Shown here one piece after another: positions 26,501 through 40,700 of a DNA stretch of 62,000 nt. The notes under the pieces are model-generated. The model ran no database searches. It was not told the DNA's origin and saw nothing but the letters and a program-made list of their open reading frames with translations. Origin of the DNA: Chiloscyllium plagiosum (Eukaryota); NCBI RefSeq assembly GCF_004010195.1, contig NC_057755.1:8131082-8193081 (forward strand). The letters run 5' to 3'. A program made the position numbers and the translations under genes. The stretch's first letter is position 1; each line of letters opens with the position of its first letter.

Positions 26501-26896
26501 AGTTTAACAGGGGTTTCTGTAAAGCGATGTCAGTTGGTTATTTTAGATGAGACATTGTAGGATTTAACAAATCCAACAGTGCAATAGAATTCCCCACGTT
26601 TTAAGTAATACACTAAAATACATCCTCAATGATTTCATAAGATCCACTTAATGCCGTTCCTCCTACCAGGATGAAAAGGAAATGGTTCAGAGCTAACTCT
26701 GGGATACACAGCAGGAGAGGGATTGAAACATTCTCTGTTGTCTGTAGTGTACTGGACATGAACAAAGGCTGATGGTGAGATACAAACAATATGTACAGAG
26801 GCAGGCTGGATTGACTATATCTTGATTAGCTCCAATGTATTGGACATTTGCAGTAATTAAAGCTCACAGAACTGGCTGAAGATGGGATGGGACTTA

Positions 26897-27870
26897 CAAC
26901 ATAGAACATAGAATCGTACAGCACAGAACAAGCATCTTTCGCCCACGATGTTGTGCCAAGATTTAATCCTAATGTAAAATATAATAACTTAACCTACGCA
27001 CCCCTCAACTCACTGCTATCCATGTGCATGTCCAGCAGTTGCTAAAATGTCCCCAATGACTCCTCTTCCACCACCACACCTGGCAACACATTCCATGCAT
27101 TCACAACTCTCTGAGTAAAGAACCTACCTCTGATGTCTCCTTTATACCTTCCTCCTAATATCTTCAAACTATGACTTCTCGTACCAGTAAATCCTGCCTT
27201 GACAAAAAGTCTCTGGCTATTGATTATATCTATTCCACTCATTATTTTGTACACCTCGCTCAGGTCTCCTCTCTTCCTCCTTCTCTCCAGCTTGTTCAAC
27301 CTTTTTTTGTAAGGCCAGCCCTCCAGGCCAGGCAGCATCCTGGTAAACCTTCTTTGCAACGTCTCCAAAGCCCTGTATCTTTCCTATAGTAGGGCGGACA
27401 GAACTGGACACAATGTTCCAAGTGCAGTCTCACCAGGGAGATGTAGAGCTGCAGCAAAACCTCGCAGCTCTAAAAAACTCAATCCCCTGTTAATGAAAGC
27501 CAAAACACCATATGCTTTCTTAACAACGCTATACACTTGGGTGGCAACTTTGAGGGATCTATGTACTTGGACACAGATCCCTCTGTTCCTCCACACTGGC
27601 AAGAATCCTGTCTTTAATCCTGTATTCAGCTTTCGAGTTGATCCAGGTTGAACTCCATCTGCCATTTCTCAGCCCAGCTCTGCATCCTGTCTATGTTGCG
27701 CTGCAGCCTACAGTAGCCCTCAATACTATCGCCGACACCTCCATCCTTTGTGCCATTTGCAAATTTACTAACCTACTCCTCAACCTCCTCATCCAAGTCA
27801 CTTATAAAATCTACAAAATGCAGAGGCCCAAGAACAGAGCCCTGCGGGAACTCATTCCACACTGTCCTCC
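26897..27870 (-). mobile_element. CR1 LINE 3' fragment
   Basis: LQRRFTRMLPGLEG..RGRFFTQRVVNAWN with an acatagaacatagaa tail. Confidence 0.9.
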
Positions 27871-29149
27871 AGGAAGAAGGGAGATGGAGGGGGAAAGCAG
27901 AGGGAAATATTTACACTTAGAAGGATACAGAGCTGTCAAATGTCTTAACCGTTTACACGGGAGGTAATTAGTTTTGTAAGTGAGCCAATGAAATGATGTG
28001 GAAGACTGTGTGAAGTCTTTGTGCGAAGACTGATAAAGGAGAAAAAAAGAGAGTGAAGTAAACATGCCATTTTCGGGTTATCAGGCTGACAGTAATCGAT
28101 GCCACAGGAATTGTTACTCGAACAACAGCTCTTTTAATTGCTATGAATGACTGAGGTAATGGATCATGTACAACATTTACAATAGCCAGTGCTACACGGA
28201 ATAATAAAATGTAAATTGGACATGGAAACGCTGAAGAGGGGAAGGATAGATTTAGCGAGTGAAAGAGTAAGTAGGAAATAGTCTGTGGGACATAATGCAG
28301 AGAATGCTTATCATTGAACAATTGCAGTCCAGTTTTACTTCTGATGAAACTGTCGCCTTATTTTATTTCTAATTACAGGTAAGATACTTTGATAGAGACA
28401 GATGTGAAGAATATATTCATATCTTGACATATTCAAGTCAATGAATTTGAAGCCCCAATACACATTAGAGAACAAATGTATTGCACCGTGCAGCATTGAA
28501 TCGACATAAAAACACTGATGTTAGCATGCACGAATTTATTATTCTTTCTCCAAAAATAACTAAAGATGGACACACTTCTGCACAGAGAAAACCATCATCC
28601 TTAACGAGTTTTCTACATAACAGGATGACAGTGGACGCATTTCCAATTAACATTCCGAAATCTGGACGGTTTATGCGGTTCATTTGCACATTTGTTGCCA
28701 CATCTCAGGTCTCAATCTCAAATTCATAATTAAAATGGTCGAGCTTTTATCACAGCAACTATTGCCATGAAAAGCCCAAAATGCACCACTGGAACAAATG
28801 CAAACTTGCAAAGAAAATTTGAAGGAATTCCTTTACTCGCTGTTTTCCAAGACACATCTCTCAACCCTTCTCCAGTCCTTGCTCCTTCCTTCATTCTGCC
28901 CTCACTCACAACCTTTCCTTGAAGCCTGCCCGCTCATCTGCCGGTTTTTTCATTTTATACCCGTTGCATATAGAAGCAGAATTAGAACATTCGCTCCATG
29001 AAGTCTGTCCAACACTCTATCTTAGGAACATACGCAACAGGAACTGTCTAAGTGACCCATCAATCCCGCTCCTCAATTAGGCAGCATATATCAGCTATAT
29101 ACAAAAGGATTCAGGTGTATTCCTCCAAGTGTAGATGGATTGTTGCAAT

Positions 29150-29660
29150 ATGTTCCGGAGGGCAAAGCAGATGTAAGACAGCTTTGGCTTTTAAGAATAA
29201 TGCAAAAGTATTCCGCAAATTCATTAAGGACAGAGGAGTAGCAATGGAGGGAATCGGATCCCTTAAGGATCAGTAAGGCTGCCTATGTGAGGCACTGCAG
29301 GAGATGGCTGAGATACTAAATGAGTACTTTGGATTAGTATTTACTGAGGAGCAAAATATGGAAGATAGAGAACTTGGAGATATTAATAATGATATCTTGA
29401 AAACTGGCCTTATTACAGAGGAGGAGACACTGGGCATCACAAATGCATAAAGTTTGATAAATCCCTGTAGCCTGATCAAGTATATCACTAAACCTTGCGG
29501 GAAGCGAGGGAAGAGATTGATGGGCTTCTTGCTGAGATATTTCCATTATCGATAGCCATGGGTGAGGTGCCAGAACATTGGAGGGTCGTTAATGTGTGCC
29601 ATTATTTAAGAAAGATTCTAAGGATCAATCAGGAATGCATACACCAATGAACCTGACGTG
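29150..29660 (+). mobile_element. Degraded CR1 ORF2 linker fragment
   Basis: gagatggctgagatactaaatgagtacttt (EMAEILNEYF). Confidence 0.7.
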
Positions 29661-29694
29661 AGTGATAGACATTGAAGGGTGAAATATATTAGAT

Positions 29695-30015
29695 TATAAT
29701 TACATACAGTGTAGAAACAGACCATTTGACCCAACACGTTTGCACCGACTCTGTTAAGAGTAGCCCGACCAGACCCATTCCCCTCCACAATGTTTACCCC
29801 AGACAAAATGCACATAACTCTTTGGGCAATTTCGTATGGCCAATTCACCTCACCTGCACGCTATTGGACTGACGGAAGAACCCAGAGAACCTTGAGGAAA
29901 CCCACGCAGACACGGGGATAATGTGCAAACTCAACACAGACAGTTGCCCGAGGCGCGAATTGTAGTCAGGTCCGTGACACTGTGAGGCAACAGTTCTAAC
30001 TACGAAGCCACCGTG
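29695..30015 (-). mobile_element. HE1-like SINE, diverged
   Basis: Reverse complement of the HE1 body (ggaaacccacgcagacacgggg). Confidence 0.8.
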
Positions 30016-30099
30016 TCGCTCTTCTAAGTAGGCAGGCATCCCCGTCACTAAGTCACATTTTGTCCACATGCACAATACATGGACGCTGACCAGCTTGAT

Positions 30100-32946
30100 C
30101 AGATCCAGTTCTTAAAATGACTGTTTATACCTCTGAGACAGGGCTCCGTGATTGACTCGAACTAATAGACCCAAACAAGGATCTCATTATGCATGATTTC
30201 GCTTATGTAATTATACTGAATACCTGCCAGCATCAGAAGGTTATGCCTCTAGGCATCCTTTTTCCTGAATATTCGACTGTTCTGCTCCTCCAATGCTACA
30301 TGAACTGCCGTGCTTTTCCAGCACCACACTCTCGACCTATCTATATCTGTGTCATGCAGAATTATATTTGTACTTATCAACTCTTTTCCACATGTTTCCT
30401 CAGATGGTATTGGTTACACTTTCCGATAATTTCCATTCTCCCATGGAAGGCAACTCATTAATTTATCACATTTTTTGACAAATTCGTCATTGTCCAATTT
30501 AATTGAGGAATTCCCAATTCTAAGTCCTCTGAAATTGATTCTTTACTCTGTATTGTAAACAATAACACAATCTCCTTTGGCTCTCTTTTCCTGTCAGAAT
30601 GCGTTTTGAACATCTTCACCTGACACACTCTGTGACATTTTAGAGTCCTTATGAAATAGTTCACCTTATGCCAATTCCTTTCAATTTGATAAGGTTCATT
30701 GAACATTGCTTTTCGAGGTTCGCCTGTCACTGGAAGAAACACCAACACGTTATCTCTGACAATAAAATAACATTTGTTTTCTAAATTTCTTGCCTACTTC
30801 ATGTTGCATTATATGTTGTGATATTTTGAAACTGCAGAACACTTTCTCCGGTCTATAATAGTGCCCTACAATTTTACACTGATCCAAATATGTGAGCTCT
30901 GAGTTATGACTGAATAATTTCTCGTTCATCAATTTTCGTAGTGCTCCCACTTCATGCACAACTGCTGATTCGGATGAACTGAGTTTGCTCGATTCGTTTG
31001 ACATATTTCTTGAACGCAAAAAGTACAAACTGAATTGTCTTATCCCAATCATCTGGATAGTTTCAACTATAAGTCCTCAATACGCTTCCAAATGTCTCAT
31101 CCCACTGTTATAACGCTCTCTGCGATTCTGGGTAGTATGCAGTAGATTTTAATTATTTTATTCCTAACCTGTCCATAACTTCCTTGAATAATTTCGATGG
31201 GAAGGTTGAATCTTGATGCGATTGGATCTCTGTCGGTATTCCATATTTTGTGAAAGAATTGTGCAATTGCTCTGCAATCCTGCGTTTTTGATATTGTGTA
31301 TTATTACGGCCTTTGGAAAGCTAATGGATATATCCATTAATTATAACAAAGACTAATTTCCACCTTTTGTTTTAGGTACAGTCCCTGTGCAATCAAATCA
31401 GACTATTGCAAGTGGTTCCTCAAATGCAGGAATAATTATCACAGGTGCAGATTTTACGGCTGCCTGTGGCTTTCCAATTAATTAACACGTATGACCTGAC
31501 TGGCAAATATCAACTGCATCCTATGGAGGCGAGACCAATAGTAATTTTATTCTTTTGCATTTTAGCTTGGTGTTTCTTACAACTAACTGTTTGTTCATGC
31601 ATAACTCGCAACACGTCTTTTACAACCTATTGGCAATCATATTTGATGAATTTCTGCCTATTTCCTATCTGTCTGAATATATGATGGTCTCGATTTCCTC
31701 ATTAAAGCATCAATTTTAAGACAGTAGTATTCAAGGAAGCACGTTGATTTTTTTTTTGTGGATGCCATTTGATACCATCACTTTAAAGTTTCATCTTTCT
31801 GCTGTCATCGGTTCACTTTTTTGGGCTAAAGATGTCTATGTTGCCATCTATCGCTCCTGGGCTGTGTCAATTATCTGATGAAACAGTTTCTCTGCTACTT
31901 CCAAGTCTACTTTGTTTTCTTTAATCTTTGATCTCTCCTGTTTGAACTGGTGACTTTGTGATCTCGTTACCATACGTTCGGAAAAATTCCAAGAACATAT
32001 ATCCTCAAGTATTTCTGTTGCCTAAGTTTCCATTGGTTTTTCAATACAGTAGGCATAACTACTTCCTGTGAACCAGCTAAATCTTCTGGAGAGACAAATT
32101 GTATTTCTGGAGCTGAAAATTTGGCCTGCATTCCGATCACTACTTCTCAACCCTTCACTAGGCATTATAACTTTAATCTACATAACTGAGTGATTTGTGT
32201 CTCACCCTGAATTCCCATTCCCAATATCTTACCTGGGAACAGTCCCTCAGAAGTACATGTCACCTCAACGTTCAACATCAAAGATTGAGAGCAGCCTGCA
32301 TCTTTTCATATTATAACCTCTTACCTGCTGCTCCTGGCATATGCAAGTAAATTTTATCTTCACGTACATAGTTTCTAAAGATTTGGTCCGATCTCCTCAA
32401 CCAACCTCTGACCAAGTTGTAACTTCCAATTCAACTTTCTCGCCTCCACGGTGCTTTCCATTATTACTGCAAATAAATTCATTAGCTAATCATGTTTTCC
32501 TATATCTTACTTCTCAGTGCTTTTCATAAACCATCAGCGTTGTGATTTCGCGCGTCCTAACTTATTGCAATGAAAACATTACAGCTTTTTAATTTCTCAG
32601 TTAACTTCTCAACTATTCAGCTGCAAATTTTAACTTTCCGTTCTTCCACACGAGTTCTACCTACAAGTTTTGTTTGCATCAACAAAACCCACATGGTCCC
32701 TGGCCATCACATTTTTGCAGCCACCATTTGATATGAGATGAAAAAGGCTACCGCATTTTTCTCATCAAATTTCGGTAATATTTGAATATATTGACTCAGT
32801 TCCTCCCCAGTACTTTGGCTACCAAATATTTGCTAATCCTCACTCAGTTCCTTAGTAAGCTTAACATCTGTCTTCATCTCCATCTTGCAAGCTGACTTTC
32901 ATGTTTAACTACCATGTTCTGGAGTTCAAACACCTTCTATTTCTTC

Positions 32947-32985
<39 letters not shown>

Positions 32986-34000
32986 CCCACACCCGCCCCT
33001 TTTCTTCTGGTATGGTGGTTCTGTCCATTGCGTTTTGTTCTGCAAGGGTTTTACATTCATTTATCTTTCCTCGGATCTTAATCGTAATTCAAACAGCTTC
33101 ATTCTTTTGCTCTTTCCTTGACTTTTGCCTCTAACTCAAGCTCCTTCATTTCCAATTGAACATTAGTTATCTCTAAAGATTCTGATGGCGTTTTCCCCAA
33201 GTTGAAATGTCCAGTTATTACTGTAATTATCTCTCCTATCCTTACAGAAGAAGGCAACTGAACACCAGATTGTCTGCTAATTCCAGCATATTTGCCTTAA
33301 TCAACTTTTGCAAAATCACCAAATTCACTTCTTCCACCCGCAGAAAAAAAGCCTTTATTGATGAAGGAGCCATTGATAACCTAAGCATTATTTAAACTTA
33401 CTGAAATCAACACACAGAACAAAAGACACTACCACCTGCCACTCATAGCCTTTGAGTCCGCCAACCCTAATTCCACTTTGGAACTATAGAACAAATCTCG
33501 CAAAGATCCCCCAATCTGTTTGGATAAGGCCAGATTCCCTCAAAACATTTCAAGGAAATTGCGTGGACCCAACTTTGCTCGTTGTTTCAAGCAGATATCT
33601 AGTGGATATTCACGGTGATGCAGCTATCCCAACCATTTAGTTTAAAAAATAACATAACTTATTTTAAAGATTACCGAATGATATACAAACAAAAGAGAAT
33701 TGAATACAGAATATGTTAACCTCTTTGAAACCTCAGCACGTTATTCCAATTTAACGATGATGTTCCAAATCCTTGTACCAATCCCCATAAACACCCCTAC
33801 GCCGAAATATTCCTACACAGGTTCTTGCAGGAGAGATGTCAGAGAGGGTGTGGAACAGCATCGACCTGCTTATTTAAGTCCAGCAAATATACAACGAATA
33901 TCAGCTCAGATTTCTGTCTCCCACTTTTAAAACGTAACGAGAATAGCTTATTGACCGAGCTAACACTAGTTGAGCTTCAATGCTTGCAGCTTTCGTTAAT
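30100..34000 (-). mobile_element. Second degraded Gypsy (Gmr1-like) element: 5' LTR from about 33517, PBS about 33495-33513, gag, integrase, start of RT
   Basis: TGGGGGATCTTTGCGAGAT resembles a tRNA-Pro PBS. gag FDEKNAVAFF motif near 32760, integrase GPY/F-like VLVFLPVTGEP..EPYQIER (30458-30748), RT remnants at lower coordinates. Confidence 0.7.
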
Positions 34001-34879
34001 CTCTTCTGATTTTTTTTCTTTTATCTCAACAATTCTTGTCATGAATGAACACAAACTTTTCACTCAAAGTTAATATAATTGAATACATCTCTCATTTCCG
34101 TCTCATTAGCATTGATATATACATTCACCCAGCTTCAGTATATTCCAAGGGCAAAAAGAAATGACTCAAAGTTAAAAGTGAAATGAACGTTGGGTGGTTT
34201 CCTCCAGATCAGATTCCAGATTTTTCTAACAAATCTTTGACGCTGCATTAATACCATGCTGATTTGGAAACAACCAGAAAGAAACAAAGGTTCCTTGGTG
34301 CACAAAGCTATTAATCCACGAGCCAGTCTGCAAAGTAGACTCCTTAAAAAAATTGCTGTGGTTGCAATTGCTGTTAACTATTAACGGATGGGGGCATGTC
34401 ACGTTCGCTCTTCAATTTTTTTGTTTCAAGAATTTTAACAAACAGATGTCAAACGTGGGTTGTAACAGATTTTTTTTTGATGTTTATTGAATTGTGGAAT
34501 CTCATTCGTTCAATAACAAACATGGGAAGATGCGTATATTTTAGTATTGATACCAAACACCAACCAACACTTGACTTTGACCGTTTGGTAATTGACTACC
34601 GGTTGTTGAGTGTTTCTCTGAAAATGGCTCCCATCAACACAGGCATGCAGCTCCCTTGTTTAAAAGTGGTTGTTCCGTGAAATGAAGTTCATTTGGTTGC
34701 TTGAGACGACACAATGTATGTTTTAACTAATTCAACATAGTAATCACATTCCTTGCCTTATCGGCCTGCAGCATCACAATCCAATATCACTACTCAAACT
34801 AATACAAAACCTAAGATGAGTTAAGTAACTAACCCAATGACATAATCAATGGTTACATAAACTCCAATTAATTCAGTTC

Positions 34880-35330
34880 CTCCTGCCTGAATGAGAGCAT
34901 CAGTAGAAATGAGCTGGTGGGGACATCGGTAGAGGTAGAAACGGAGGGCGTGGCGTCCCTGGTCATGGCAGATAGAGGTGTAGAGGGATTGGAAATCCAT
35001 GGTGAAAATGAGGCATTCGGCGCCTGGCGGAGGTGGAGGGCGTGGATCTTGGCATAGAAATAGAATTGCGCAGTGTGGGGCTACCGAACTATGAGATTGG
35101 AAGATTTGGGTGGGCGATCTCCTGACGTGATGAAGTTGTGTATGGTCTGTGAGATGATGATTTGTTGATGGGATGTGAGGTCATGGTCGAGGGGGCGGAT
35201 GACGGAGGTATTTTCGAGTTCAGCGGTGTAGAGGTCTGTGCACCAAACTAGTACTGCATTCTCTTAATCCACTGGTTTGATGGTGGGGTTGGGATTGGAG
35301 CATCGAGAGTGGAGGCCTGTACGTTCTTCA
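34880..35330 (-). mobile_element. Penelope-like RT fragment
   Basis: Minus strand encodes QTIHNFITSGD..AQFYFYAKIH and LIFTMDFQSLYTSI. Confidence 0.7.
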
Positions 35331-35540
35331 AAGCTGTAAAGAGGAGGGACAGCATTATGGCCCAGGCCAGAACTCCTCAATATATTTTAAGGAGGTAGTC
35401 TAGACCCTAACTTTTCTTACCTTAATCGCAGATGTTGAGTTGATGCTCTAAGAGTGATGCAGAAGTTCAGACTACGGAATGTTTAGCAAACAAAACTTAT
35501 TGACATACTACAGTGGAGAAACAAAACAAAATTTAGAATG

Positions 35541-36228
35541 CAAGGTTTGTGAAGGTTTGTAGCTCAGGCTGAGATTTAGGATGTAGGTTTGCTTGCTGAG
35601 CTGTAGGTTTGATATCCAGACGCTTCATTACCTGGCTCGGTAACAACATCAGTGGCGACCTCCAAGTGAAGCAAAGCTGTTATCTCCTGCTTTCTATTTA
35701 TATCTTTCTCCTGGATGGGGTTCCTGGGATTTGTGGTGGTGTCATTTCCTGTTCGTATTCTGAGGGGTTGATAGATGGCATCTAGATCTATGTGTTTGTT
35801 TATGGCGTTGTGGTTGGAGTGGCAGGCCTCTAGGAATTCCTTGGCATGCCTTTGCTTAGCCTATCCCAGGATAGATGTGTTGTCCCAGTCGAAATGTCCC
35901 AGTACATGCCATGGACAAAAACATAATCATGTACAAAATTCCATGCAAGCACTGCCACAAACCCTACATAGGACAAACAGGAAGAAAGTTAGCCACCAGG
36001 ATACACGAACACCAGATATCCACAAAAAGACACGACACGCTCTCCCCCGTAGCCCTACACACGGATAAAAAAAACACCAGGAACCCCATCCAGGAGAAAG
36101 ATCAAAATACAAAGGAGGAGACAACAGCTTCGTTTCACTTGGAGGTCGCCACTGATGATGTTACCTAACCAGGTAATGAAACGTATGGATATCAAACCTA
36201 CAGCTCAGCGAGCAAACCTGCACTCTAA
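35541..36228. mobile_element. Penelope-like element 3' end with GIY-YIG fragments and inverted pseudo-LTRs
   Basis: Plus strand MYKIPCKHCHKPYIGQTGRKLATRIHEH; minus strand FDWDNTSIL..EFLEA. About 35575-35735 is the reverse complement of about 36075-36228. Confidence 0.85.
36148..36188 (+). ncRNA. Minimal type I hammerhead ribozyme motif
   Basis: CCA-CUGAUGA-U-GUUACCU[AACC]AGGUAAU-GAAAC-GUA-UGG: intact core boxes, 7-bp stem II and CCA/UGG stem I. Confidence 0.7.
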
Positions 36229-37039
36229 AATTTCGAATCACTTAACTATTTGAAAACCTAACCGACTGATATGGCAACATAACTAAACAGCTGTGCTAAT
36301 TCCCAGAATATCCCCTAAACACTTCTCTCAGGAAAAGGCAAATTCAAACTCTGGTTCTTACAAGCAGGGCGAAACCACTTCCGAAGAGATTTCACAGAGA
36401 AAGCAGTTAGGAACAATTTGTTGTAGACGTTAACCTTTGTCTACAGTTGCAGATTCCAAGTGCCTTCAAAAACTAAACTAAGATAGAGCAAACCCAAATT
36501 GAGAGAACTGGATACTTCCCTACCATTGTTAAACTCGAGTTTCTCCTCGACATTTCAGTAGCTCTGCTTTTACGAACTTTCTAAAAATAAAGGAAAATTA
36601 ACCTTGTTAAATGTGCAACGTCGTCACAACTGGTTCCGTTGCTGAATGGGTAAGACATAAGCTGACGCTTTGTTCCTTCAGTTTCGCCTATAAATGATTT
36701 CAGACTATTGCTACTTTAAAAGATGATGATCCTAGTCCGAGCAGGACACCTCTCTGTTCATTCACGTTATCGGTATACATTATTCTCTGGGTAACTGTAC
36801 GCCACTCAGACCAATCTGCTTTTCAGACGTCTCACGTTGGATTTATGCTATTTCGCTCCTTCATGATTGAACTGCTGCTGAACAGCTACCATTCTGATGA
36901 AAGTATGTCGCATTCAAGTGGCCATTGACACACAAGTCCACACTCTTCCTTGCTTTGACATGTTTACAAGTTCAATGTTGTACTTTGCTAATATCAAATG
37001 GTGGCAGTGGACAAACCGAAGATGATGGTCCAATGATTT

Positions 37040-37770
37040 GTGTACGGCGTTCAATTTAGGTAAATGTGAGGTGTTGAATTTTAGTGATGCAAATCAGAGT
37101 AGGACTTATAGGTCCTGGGGATTGTTGTTCAATAAGGAGAATATAGTGTGCAAACTTATATTTCCTCGTGAAATCAGCGATAGATGGGGGATTGAAGAAG
37201 GTGTTTGGTCTACTTACCTTTATTGATGATTGCATTGAGTGGAGGAGTTTGGATATCAAATTGTGCCTGGACAGAACACTGGTTGGGCAACTTTTGGAAT
37301 ACTGCATACAATTCTGCTCTTCCCGCTATAGGAAATATGCAGTAAAACCCGAACGGATGCAGACTATTTTTATAGAGCTGTTGTCAGAGTTCATGTTTTT
37401 GTGCAATAGGGAGAGAAGAAATTGGCTGGGGCAATTTTCTCTGTAGGAGCAGAAGCTGAGGGCTGATCCTAAATATAACCATGAATTGGGGAGTCCTAAA
37501 CAAGAGGAAAAAGGCTTCAAGTGACAGGGCATTAATATAATGGTATCTATGTGTCGATTGCCACGCAAAATGTGGTACGTGCTTGAGTGCTGGTAATATC
37601 ACAAAATTCCAAAGGCATCGGGATCTTTACATGAACAGGAAGATTTTGGAGGATATGGACCAAATGCTAGCAAATAGGACTAAATTAATGTATAATACCT
37701 GTTCGCATGGAAGAATTACATTGAGGTGTATATTTCTGTGCAGTACAACTTTAAGACTCTATGACGTTAT
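37040..37770 (+). mobile_element. Degraded CR1 3' fragment
   Basis: FNLGKCEVLNF and RTLVGQLLEYCIQF. Confidence 0.75.
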
Positions 37771-40700
37771 GACAGGATTCATTTTTGAGTGCTAGTTTTC
37801 ATTGTGAGGCGGATCCTCACTAAGATACTTGTATAATAGTACAGTTGCTGTAGAAACATCAGTTCTCTTGTTTTTTTATTACACGTGAATTGTCTCCTCG
37901 TTATCATCTTCTACTCAGAGTATAAAGGAGAGGAATTGGAAAATTCGCTCCACCATGACTCTCCGAACCTTCTATCATGAGAACATATGAAACAACAGTC
38001 AATCTAGTGCATGAAGCCCACTTCTCCATTAAATAAGATCGTGGCTGCTCCTTTCGCGGACTTGGCTTCAATTATTACCGCACTCAACACAATCTGTAAT
38101 TCCTAAACTGTTCAAAAATCTATCTGTCTTTGACTCAAAACATATAACGAAATAACTTCAACTACTTTACTGGGCAGTGAATAATTTAGATTTCGTGAAG
38201 ACTTTTCTCCCAAATATCGCACTAAATCTTTTCCACTTATTTTGCGGCTTTGCCTCCGAAATCTAGTTTTTCCTACCAGTGGAATCAATCTCCGTGCATC
38301 TATCTAATCTATTCTTTTTATAATTTTAAATGTTTCCATAAGATCCCTCCTTCCTTCATTGAAATTACAAAGAGTATGTTCCCAGTGCACCCAATCTGTC
38401 CTAATAAGCCACCCAATCCAGTTCCAGTAGGTCAATTCTCAAATAAGGTAAAACGTAAAACATATCATGCTTGATAAGTTTGAAAACCCGATCTTCCCCA
38501 TTTTCCTTATAACTTTCATCCTGTTACCAATCAAGACCCTATCCATCTGTTCCTTCGAACCATCATGAGGAAGTGTAACTCGATCCGAAATTTCAATTCT
38601 CATTTCTCTCCACAGATTCTTCCAGACTTGCTAAGCATTTCCAGCAACGTTTGCTTTCGTTTCTTATTCACAATCTCCTCAGGTAATTCGGAATTAACCT
38701 ATCTACCACTGTCATAAGTGCTCACGGTGACTTGGATTCTACAGCCTTTTGTTGAAATACGTTGCACAAATTCACCTCCCTATGATTGATAAATTTCCGA
38801 CTCAATGTAATTCTAATGTGCCATCCCTTCACTCTACATGTCTCTCCGTACAGTCGAAACATCTTGTCCATTTCCACGTTATCTATCTCGACTTCACAGT
38901 ATTCTGTAAGCCTCAAAGAGATTTTCCCCATATCCTTCTGAACTCTATCGTGTGCAGACACAGAGTTAACAAATGCTCTTCACATTACAAGCTCTTCATT
39001 CCTGTGCTTCTTCTTGGAAACCTTCTCTGGGACCCCTCCAAAGCCAGGACATCTTTTCTGTCGATATGAGTCCTACAATTGCTCATAATATCCTAAATGC
39101 AGTCTGTCCAGAGCATTTTGTAAGTTCAGCAGTGCGTGTCTGCTCCTATATTCTAGTTCTCTTGTAATACATGCTAATACTGCATATACCTTCTGAACTG
39201 CCAAATGAACTGTGCACGCTAACTTTAAGGCGATCCTGAACTGCGACTCTGAAAATGGTCTCTGCTTCAGATTTTCAAAGCGTTTCCCCATTAAACAAAT
39301 GCTTTCAGTTCTATTGACATCGATCACAGCAACCTCCTCGTGTCCCTCTTCCACGATCTGAGTCCAGCATACTCCCTTTCCCCTTTTCACTTGTGTGAAT
39401 TTCAGTATAACTTTCATGGATGGAGACAGGAAATATCAAGAAACAATAAATACTGGTCGGGTTTGTCCACCAAACAGACTGGAGGCATATGGAAAGGCAA
39501 TTAACTGGATCCAAGAAGGATGCAGCTATAATCCTGATTGACTTTAATCTACGTTTTTTTTTTCAGACAAGCCGAGATCTCAATGATGCCATGGAGGACA
39601 CTTTCCTGAAATCTGGAAATGATGTTGATTTAGAGCAACATGTGGAGGAAGGAAATAGAAATCAGGATGTTCTGGATTGTTTACTTGCAATGATATAGTA
39701 ATAATTAATATTATTGTATCGGGTGCAATTGGAAGAGTGACGATAAAATGGTAGAATTAGTTACTCCAATGGAAAGTGAATGTATTGAACCTGACACGAG
39801 GTTCCTTAATTTAAATAAAGAGAACAAGGACGAGTTGGCCTTGATGAATTGGACAAACTTTCAAAAGGGGTTGTTAGTTGTTTTGGAATACTTAAGAAAT
39901 GTACACATGAAATGAAACTATTATTAGTACTCTCTGGCGCAGCAATAAATCAAGCAAGTGTCATTCAGCAGAAATGCTCAGGGCCAGAACTTTCTAACAG
40001 GCATCAATAAATCGCACGGCTAGTTTTAAGAGCACTCATTGGGAGGTCCTTCATGTACATCCTGACTCTTCACACCTCCTCATTGTTCCCTCGAGTGGCT
40101 TCAGGAACATACAGACTGTTATACGTTTACTGCTGGAATATGCCTTTGCAAAAGTAGTTTCAAGAAAGCTACAATTTTGTTTTCTTGTCGAAGTTAATTT
40201 CAAGCAGGTCCGTGACGCATGATTCTGTCCTGATGTGTGTACATATAATCTTGTGTAACAAAGTAATAGGAATGGTGTGTTTCCTGGATCGAGTAAATCT
40301 CTTTTATTTTGTTTCTTCACATGCCATTGTAATGAAGCAAAATGCTTCATCTCCTTCGCATGCATATGAAGACTTTTTTTTTACTGGATAACTTATATTT
40401 TTGAAATCAAAGAAAGAAACAGTGTCTCAGCTATAGCTTGCAGCAGAAATTAGGGATGCAACTGAATCAAATGATGAGATAGATAAAATGGTCAGAAAAC
40501 AATGTTAAGCCTAAGTTCTCGGAGCAGATCCGAATTCAGGAAAGAAAAACATGAAACTATTGGTCAAGATTGGAAAGGTCTAACGTGAGGATAAAAGTAC
40601 AGAAAGCATGACAAAAGTGACTGTAAAGATTTCCGAGGTTATGTGAAAAAAAATTGTGTTTTCAAATATAAATCCCTCAAAATCAGATTTGGGTGAAATT

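Larger units (their letters stand above)
35354..36628. mobile_element. Solo LTR related to the 33517 LTR, interrupted by a Penelope insertion
   Basis: aggccagaactcctcaa..gaccctaactt resembles aggccagattccctcaa..gacccaacttt at about 33527-33575. It ends gtcacaa. Confidence 0.55.

Noticed and set aside
28105..28170. GTAACAATTCCTG match to the exon 1 end (..VTIP) on the minus strand
   Set aside because: Only 13 nt match, no GT donor after the phase-1 G, no in-frame ATG at the expected distance and no flanking homology.
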